Part shown: in pieces, positions 6,641 through 12,073 of the stretch
How positions within the stretch are numbered: position 1 is the first letter of the stretch
Layout of the letters: every line of letters starts with the position of its first letter
Assembly (NCBI GenBank): GCA_036507075.1
Contig: DASXQR010000194.1
Coordinates: 1 to 12,073 of the forward strand
Origin: Acidobacteriota bacterium
Lineage (GTDB): Bacteria > Acidobacteriota > UBA6911 > JACQSX01
Reading direction: 5' to 3'
Length of the DNA: 12,073 bases
Translations under genes and position numbers: made by a program
The notes under the pieces: model-generated
Databases searched by the model: none
The model's input: the letters and a program-made list of their open reading frames with translations, nothing else
Told to the model about the DNA's origin: nothing

Positions 6641-8707
6641 TTGGACGAAACAACAGCAACGGCTGCGAACGACTGGGACATTGAGCAGGCGACTTACCTT
6701 TACGATGTCGACCGCTGGGGACGCGGTTATTTTTACATCAATGAGAAGGGTCACGTTGCCGTTCGCCCCATTTTCGAGAGCCCCCAATCCGTCGACATCT
6801 ACGATGTTGTTACCGAAATAAAAAATCGCGGCATCCAACTGCCGTGCCTGATCCGCTTTCAAGACCTTCTCCAAACCCGCGTTATCGAACTCAACGAGGC
6901 CTTCCGGCAGGCCATCAACGAATACGAATACCTCAACGTTTACCGGGGCGTTTACCCCATTAAAGTGAACCAACTCCATGAGGTGGTCGAGGAAATCCTT
7001 CATGCGGGCGAGCCTTACGATTTCGGCCTGGAATGCGGCTCCAAGGCCGAATTGCTGGCAACGCTGGCTCATCTGGATCGGGACAACATGCTGCTGATCT
7101 GCAACGGCTACAAGGACCAGACCATGATGGCCCTGATGATGGCGGGGAGGCAGTTGGGAAAGGACATTATTCCGGTCATCGAGAAGCGCCGCGAATTGGA
7201 CGAGCTGCTGGCGATTTCAGAAGTGATGCAGGCAAAGCCGGCCTTTGGCGTGCGCGTGCGGCTGACTACCGAGGGGAGCGGGCGCTGGGCGGAATCGGGC
7301 GGAGAACAGTCCAAATTCGGCGTTTCGCTGCTCGAGATTCTCGATATCGTTCGCCTGCTGAAAGAGCGCAACCAGACAGACGCCTTTCATCTGCTGCACT
7401 TTCACCTCGGTTCGCAGTTGAATGACATCATGACGGTAAAGGCCGCCGCGCGGGAGGCCACCCGCGTCTACGCCAAGCTTTTTCAGATGGGAATCCCTAT
7501 CCGTTATCTGGATATCGGCGGCGGACTGGGGGTGTCTTACCAGGGCACGCGCTCAGGCCGGGAACAGGACATCAATTACACGCTCCAGGAGTACGTCAAC
7601 GGCGTCGTTTACACGGTAAAGGAAATCTGCGAAGCCGAGGATGTCCCGCATCCGGCTCTGGTGTCCGAAAGCGGGCGCTCCATCACCGCTTACCACTCCA
7701 TGCTGGTCGTGGGCGTTCTGGGAGCCACCACCCGGGCCACAGAAACCGCCTTCAAGGTGATCGAACCGGACGAAAACGACCATGAATCCGTGCATGAGCT
7801 GGTGGATCTGAACCGCCAGATCGAAGGCGAAACCGATCTGTCGCAGATTCTGGAAATTCACCACGATGCCGAGCAGCGCCGCAGCGAGGCCAACTCATTG
7901 TTTTCGCTCGGCTATCTTTCACTGCCGGAGAAGGCGAAAGCGGAACAGCTCTATTGGCGCGTGACACGCAAGATTGCCGAGCAGATCCGGGCCTTCGATG
8001 AAGAGGATCTGCCGGAAGACTTGCGCAAGCTTCACCTTTTGCTGACGGACCAGTACATCTGTGACTTTTCCGTATTCCAGAGCATGCTTGACCACTGGGC
8101 CATCGACCAGTTGTTCCCCGTCATGCCCCTGCACCGGTTGAACGAAATGCCCAACCGGCACGGTATCCTGGTGGATCTTACCTGCGACAGCGACGGCAAA
8201 GTGGACACGTTTGTCGATATTTCCGGGCCCAAGCCGTATCTGGAGCTTCACCCGCTGCAGGACAACGAGCCCTATTTTCTCGGTTTTTTCCTGATGGGCG
8301 CTTATCAGGACATCCTCGGTGACATGCACAACCTTTTTGGACGGGTCAATGAAGTGCATGTCTATGCCGACGCGGAAGAGCCGAACGGCTTCTACATTGA
8401 AAAACTGATTCCGGGCACCACCGTCGAGGAGGCCGTGCAGTTGGTGCAGTACTTCGCCAGCGATTTGAAGAAGCGAATGGACAAAATCGTGAAGCGGCAG
8501 GTTGAAAACAAGAGCCTGCGGGCCGGCGAGGGAATGCGCATTCTGGAGTGGTACAATGCCGCGCTTTCGGAATCCACCTACTACAATTTCTGGCAGAATG
8601 GCCTGGCCCGATTCGCTCCCCGCGACGTCGACGCAAACAGCGTAGAAAAGACAAACGGCGTGGAAAAACCCGCGGCTGTTCCCGAGCAGATCAAAGCCAC
8701 CGGTTAA
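6641..8707 (+). CDS. speA: Biosynthetic arginine decarboxylase
   Basis: PLP-lysine motif YPIKVNQ, plus GLECGSKAEL, ICNGYKD, SGGEQSKFG, LHFHLGSQ, LDIGGGLGV, SESGR, FSVFQSMLDHWAIDQLFP, DLTCDSDG and GAYQDILGDMHNLFG. The start is uncertain: TTG 6641 (after GGAGGAG) is preferred over GTG 6584. Confidence 0.97.
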   Translation: MDETTATAANDWDIEQATYLYDVDRWGRGYFYINEKGHVAVRPIFESPQSVDIYDVVTEIKNRGIQLPCLIRFQDLLQTRVIELNEAFRQAINEYEYLNVYRGVYPIKVNQLHEVVEEILHAGEPYDFGLECGSKAELLATLAHLDRDNMLLICNGYKDQTMMALMMAGRQLGKDIIPVIEKRRELDELLAISEVMQAKPAFGVRVRLTTEGSGRWAESGGEQSKFGVSLLEILDIVRLLKERNQTDAFHLLHFHLGSQLNDIMTVKAAAREATRVYAKLFQMGIPIRYLDIGGGLGVSYQGTRSGREQDINYTLQEYVNGVVYTVKEICEAEDVPHPALVSESGRSITAYHSMLVVGVLGATTRATETAFKVIEPDENDHESVHELVDLNRQIEGETDLSQILEIHHDAEQRRSEANSLFSLGYLSLPEKAKAEQLYWRVTRKIAEQIRAFDEEDLPEDLRKLHLLLTDQYICDFSVFQSMLDHWAIDQLFPVMPLHRLNEMPNRHGILVDLTCDSDGKVDTFVDISGPKPYLELHPLQDNEPYFLGFFLMGAYQDILGDMHNLFGRVNEVHVYADAEEPNGFYIEKLIPGTTVEEAVQLVQYFASDLKKRMDKIVKRQVENKSLRAGEGMRILEWYNAALSESTYYNFWQNGLARFAPRDVDANSVEKTNGVEKPAAVPEQIKATG

Positions 8708-8734
8708 CGACTTACGTCCGCGCTCTTCAAACCA

Positions 8735-8836
8735 AAAAAATCCACCACAGAGACACGGAGGACACAAAGGAAGTTTTGAGCGTACCACTGGGCAAGACTT
8801 CCTCTGTGTCCTCCGTGTCTCTGTGGTGGATTTTTT
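8735..8836. terminator. Periodic-repeat long hairpin with A/U tracts; bidirectional intrinsic terminator-like
   Basis: 44-bp arms AAAAAATCCACCACAGAGACACGGAGGACACAAAGGAAGTTTTG and its inverse, 42 of 44 complementary, with a 14-nt loop, located 27 nt after the speA stop. Confidence 0.85.
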
Positions 8837-8899
8837 CGTCCATCAAGACCTGGAACGAGGAACGCTGAGACCGGGCTCCGCTGTGGCCGTCTGCAAGTT

Positions 8900-9173
8900 G
8901 CCCCCGGATGGGGCGCTGAGCCTGTAGCCGGGGGTCGGCGCGTTTTTTGCGCCTACCCCTGGAACCAGAAAAAATCACATTTTTGCGCCCCGGACGGGGC
9001 GCTGAGATGGTCCACGCACCCCGCCATAACAACCGTTCGCCAGTCAAAATCGCGAAAATCTCCGCTCAGCGCCCCGTCCGGGGCGCTAATGTTTGATGCG
9101 TTTGCGAACCGGGGATAGGCGCAAAAAGCGCGCCGACCCCCGGCTACAGACTCAGCGCCCCTCTCCGGGGCGC
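8900..9173. repeat. GTAG-type REP doublet (REPIN-like non-autonomous element)
   Basis: Outer arms 8910-8955 / 9116-9161 match at 44 of 46. Inner arms 8985-9006 / 9065-9086 match at 22 of 22. Each outer arm has GTAG directly 5' of an imperfect hairpin. There are four GCCCC-N-GGGGC mini-palindromes. Confidence 0.8.
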
Positions 9174-9208
9174 CTGACCAGTTGCTGTACATGTTCCAAA
9201 ACTTACCC

Positions 9209-9326
9209 CTAGAGACTCGATACATCGCGTCTGAGGCGGGCGCGACAAATCGCGCACAGCCTCCGTTGCGGCGCTTGGGAGGCGACATGTCGCATCCCAC
9301 TCCGACGCGGCGAGGCGCGTCTCTAC
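9209..9326. repeat. Second REP-type inverted pair, (G/C)TAGAGACGCG family
   Basis: CTAGAGACTCGATACATCGCGTCT (9209-9232, +) and GTAGAGACGCGCCTCGCCGCGTC (9326-9304, -), each a tetranucleotide followed by a hairpin. Small GCGA-N-TCGC hairpins lie between them. Confidence 0.65.
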
Positions 9327-12073
9327 GGTGAAATAACCGCCAGATTCGCCTGCTTGAGTTGCGCGTTCAGGGTTGCGCGGTCTCGGGTCTTGAGCGTGTT
9401 CCAGCGCGCCAGCACTTTGGCAAGCTCCTGGCGGCGGGCGGCGACGGCGGCAACCAGTTGGGTCGTGGGAGCGGCGTCGGCGCCCTGCAACAAACCCATG
9501 GCCTGGATCAGGGAACCGCTCATGCCGGCCAATGTCTCCTCACCTCCCGCGTTGGTGACCGCGCCTGGAATTCCCGGAGAGAATCCGCCGCTGCCGAAGC
9601 GCCCGCTGCCGCTGCTGCCCTCAAGCGCTGCCGCCTTCCGGTCGAACGAGGCCAGAGTCTGTGACAGCGAACCGATGCCGGCGCGCTCCTGCAGTTGCTT
9701 CACCTGCGCGCGAATTGCGCGCAGATCTTTGAGCGCCGCCTGCAATTCCAGCGCCCCGTCATACATCGCTTTTGACAGCGAGAACTGCTGCGCCAGTCCT
9801 GCCGCCGACCTCTTGACGCGCGGATCCAGCTTCACGGTCAACGGCTGCCTGTAGCTGGCGCCGTTGACCGTCAGCTTAACAATGTACCGGCCCGGCTCCG
9901 CCCACGGAGAAACAGGCGCCGGTACGGTGTTGTGAGGAACGGCTGCAATCGGAAGTCCCCCGCGTCCCCCGCCCGCGCTCAAAGGTTGATAATGCAGGTC
10001 CCACAGAAAGCGGTGCATGCCCGCTGTCGTTGAAAGAACCTGCGGCGGCCGATACCAGTAGAGCGGAACCGGCGCCGTCGCCGGATCGGGTGCTTCAACT
10101 GAATCGCTGCTGGAGTAGCGGCGAACCGGCTTGCCCGCGGCATCCAGCACCTCAAATGTGACAGGTCCCGACGCGGTCGACTTCAAGTAGTAATTAATGA
10201 TCGCGCCTTCGGGCGGGTTTTCTCCTCTTGGTTCGTCCGCGGGAAGCGGTGTGTCCGTGTTCATGTTCCAGCGCACCCGGTAAGCCACCTGAGGACGGAA
10301 GAGGACCGTCTTGGCGGCTGAAGGGGCTGAAAGCGGTGCGCGCGAGCCGGCAGCGCCATCGCTGACTGTCCGCTCCCTTGCCGCCGCAGCGCGGATTTCA
10401 TCCTGGTTGAGTTGGCGCAGCGGAGTGATGTCGTCCAGGATCCAGAAGCCTCGCCCGTGCGTTGCGACCACCAGATCGTCATCTTTAATAATCAGATCGC
10501 GCACCGACGATGCCGGCATGTTCAAACGCAGCGATTTCCAGTGATCTCCATCGTCAAACGAGACATAAACCTCGCGCTCGGTTCCGGCAAACAACAGCCC
10601 TTTACGTTTTGGATCCTCGCGTACCACGTCGGCAGGCCCGCCATCGGGAATTCCGTTGGTGATGTGCGTCCACGTTTTGCCCCCGTCATGTGTGCGGTAG
10701 ATATGGGGCCGCATGTCGTCGAGGCGAAGCGTGTTGACGGCCGCGTAAGCGGTCTGCGCGTCAAAGCGCCCGGCATCGATAAGAGACACTTTCGCCCAAG
10801 GCGTCAGCTCCGGCGGCGTGACGTCCTTCCAGTGAAGGCCGCTGTCCGCGGTTACATGGATAAGACCGTCATCTGTGCCGGCCCAGATGCGGTTGACGTC
10901 GACGTACGACGGCGCGACCGTGTAAATGACGCCGCGCTGCGACGCCTTCGCAGTGTCGCTGTTCCGGTACTTGCCAACGCCGGCCGGCACTTCCCAGGTC
11001 TTGCGCGACAGATCAGGACTGATCTGCTGCCAGTGTTGGCCGCCATTGTTTGTCTTCCACAGTGTGTTGGCGGCAAAGTAAAGAATATGCGGATCGACCC
11101 GCGAAAAGAGGACCGGCGCCGTGCGCAGCGTGCGGAAATCGGATGGTCGAATCGGTCTTGGTCCCACAGTCTGGGCTTGTCCGGTGCGGCGATCGTAGCG
11201 CGTCACATTTCTGCCGCCGTAAACGATGTCAGGATCCAGCGGGTCCGGCGCGGCGTATCCGTACTCGTCCACTCCAACCGGACGCCACTCGCGGAACGTG
11301 ATCTGGCCGTCGCTGCCGCGGCTCGACACGCAGGCTGAGCCGCTTTCCTGCTGGCCGCCGCACACCCGGTAGGGAAACGCATTGTCGGCAGCGACGTGAT
11401 AGAGCTGCGCGGTCGGTTGGTTGTACCACGAGCTCCATGTCTGGCCCCCGTTAACGCTGACAATGGCGCCCTGATCGCTGGCGCTGAGAATGATGTCCGG
11501 GTTGTTCGGATTGATCCAGATGCGCTGATAATCATCGCCCCCCGGTGCGCCTCGAATTCCCGTCCATGTCTTGCCGCCGTCGGTAGACTTCCACATCACG
11601 GTGCTCGCCACAAAGACGATGTCGGGATTCTTCGGATGAACCGCAGGCACCGGAAGGTCGCCCCCGCCAATCCGGCCAGCCGGACGCGGATCCGTGGTTG
11701 CGCGCGACCAGCTCTCGCCGGCATCGTCGGAACGATAAATGCCCACGCCGCGCCCGGAAGCCACCGAGGCATAAATTCGTTTCGGATTGCTGGGCGCGAC
11801 GGCAAGGTCCGCCTGCACCACGCCGTCAGCGCCGCTCCCCAGGCCGTTGGTGAGCTGCCGCCACGTCGCGCCGCCGTCGCTCGATTTGAAAATGCCGCCG
11901 CCCGTGCCGCTCCACGCTCCGTTTTCCCACGGCCCCTGGCGCGCTTCCCACAGTGCCGCGTAAATGATGTCGGGATTGGCCGGATCGAACTCGATGTCCG
12001 AAGCGCCCGTATTTTCGTCTTTGTAGAGCACCTTTTGGAATGTCCGGCCGCCATCGGTCGAGCGGAATACACC
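9323..12073 (-). CDS. VPS10/sortilin-like BNR (Asp-box) repeat beta-propeller glycosyl hydrolase-like protein; 5' end outside the window
   Basis: The frame is open to the window edge (GVFRSTDGGRTFQKVLY...). Many S/T-x-D-G-G-x-T-W Asp-boxes, plus NQPTAQLY, CGGQQESG, WAGTDDG and VATHGRGFWILDD, followed by a FlgD-Ig-like region and a helical C-terminus. Confidence 0.93.
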   Translation of the reverse strand, partial: GVFRSTDGGRTFQKVLYKDENTGASDIEFDPANPDIIYAALWEARQGPWENGAWSGTGGGIFKSSDGGATWRQLTNGLGSGADGVVQADLAVAPSNPKRIYASVASGRGVGIYRSDDAGESWSRATTDPRPAGRIGGGDLPVPAVHPKNPDIVFVASTVMWKSTDGGKTWTGIRGAPGGDDYQRIWINPNNPDIILSASDQGAIVSVNGGQTWSSWYNQPTAQLYHVAADNAFPYRVCGGQQESGSACVSSRGSDGQITFREWRPVGVDEYGYAAPDPLDPDIVYGGRNVTRYDRRTGQAQTVGPRPIRPSDFRTLRTAPVLFSRVDPHILYFAANTLWKTNNGGQHWQQISPDLSRKTWEVPAGVGKYRNSDTAKASQRGVIYTVAPSYVDVNRIWAGTDDGLIHVTADSGLHWKDVTPPELTPWAKVSLIDAGRFDAQTAYAAVNTLRLDDMRPHIYRTHDGGKTWTHITNGIPDGGPADVVREDPKRKGLLFAGTEREVYVSFDDGDHWKSLRLNMPASSVRDLIIKDDDLVVATHGRGFWILDDITPLRQLNQDEIRAAAARERTVSDGAAGSRAPLSAPSAAKTVLFRPQVAYRVRWNMNTDTPLPADEPRGENPPEGAIINYYLKSTASGPVTFEVLDAAGKPVRRYSSSDSVEAPDPATAPVPLYWYRPPQVLSTTAGMHRFLWDLHYQPLSAGGGRGGLPIAAVPHNTVPAPVSPWAEPGRYIVKLTVNGASYRQPLTVKLDPRVKRSAAGLAQQFSLSKAMYDGALELQAALKDLRAIRAQVKQLQERAGIGSLSQTLASFDRKAAALEGSSGSGRFGSGGFSPGIPGAVTNAGGEETLAGMSGSLIQAMGLLQGADAAPTTQLVAAVAARRQELAKVLARWNTLKTRDRATLNAQLKQANLAVISP

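Noticed and set aside
567..8707. Biosynthetic gene cluster (terpene cyclase-like protein, O-methyltransferase, MFS, decarboxylase)
   Set aside because: Orientations are mixed, terminator-like elements intervene, the barrel protein is secreted and lacks DXDD, and speA, dedA and BON are housekeeping-type genes.
7919..8788. Long antisense ORFs (7919-8788, 3151-3987, 5620-6294, 6404-7072, 10412-11338 and others)
   Set aside because: These are shadow ORFs opposite well-supported genes in GC-rich DNA, with no motifs.
8727..9300. ORFs 8727-9047 and 8953-9300; also 2320-2517 and 4001-4345
   Set aside because: They are translations of palindromic repeats. No HUH or DDE transposase motif is present.

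Overview
GC-rich bacterial chromosomal window; the gene set and repeat style suggest Acidobacteriota, but that is inference. Genes left to right: a 5'-truncated, frameshifted LacI/AraR-type regulator fragment (-), joined directly at about nt 411 to the 3' end of a small membrane-protein gene (+); a Tat-exported prenyltransferase/squalene-oxidase-repeat protein (-); a small hypothetical protein (+); an MFS transporter (-); a class I O-methyltransferase (-); DedA (+); a dual-BON protein (-); biosynthetic arginine decarboxylase speA (+); and a large VPS10/BNR-repeat protein (-) that runs off the window. The proteins are mostly ordinary. The unusual signal is non-coding: almost every intergenic gap holds a palindromic element, from at least four distinct families. 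(1) An 8-9-nt-periodic CC-RCNRAG-(R)RC-RCNRAG family with 12 copies. (2) Two inverted heptamer arrays (GTTTCGG)n/(CCGAAAC)n. (3) A GTAG-type REP doublet (REPIN-like). (4) A GTAGAGACGCG REP pair that supplies a stop codon. Some repeats are nested, stacked or translated inside proteins. No transposase, tRNA, rRNA or CRISPR array is visible in the window.
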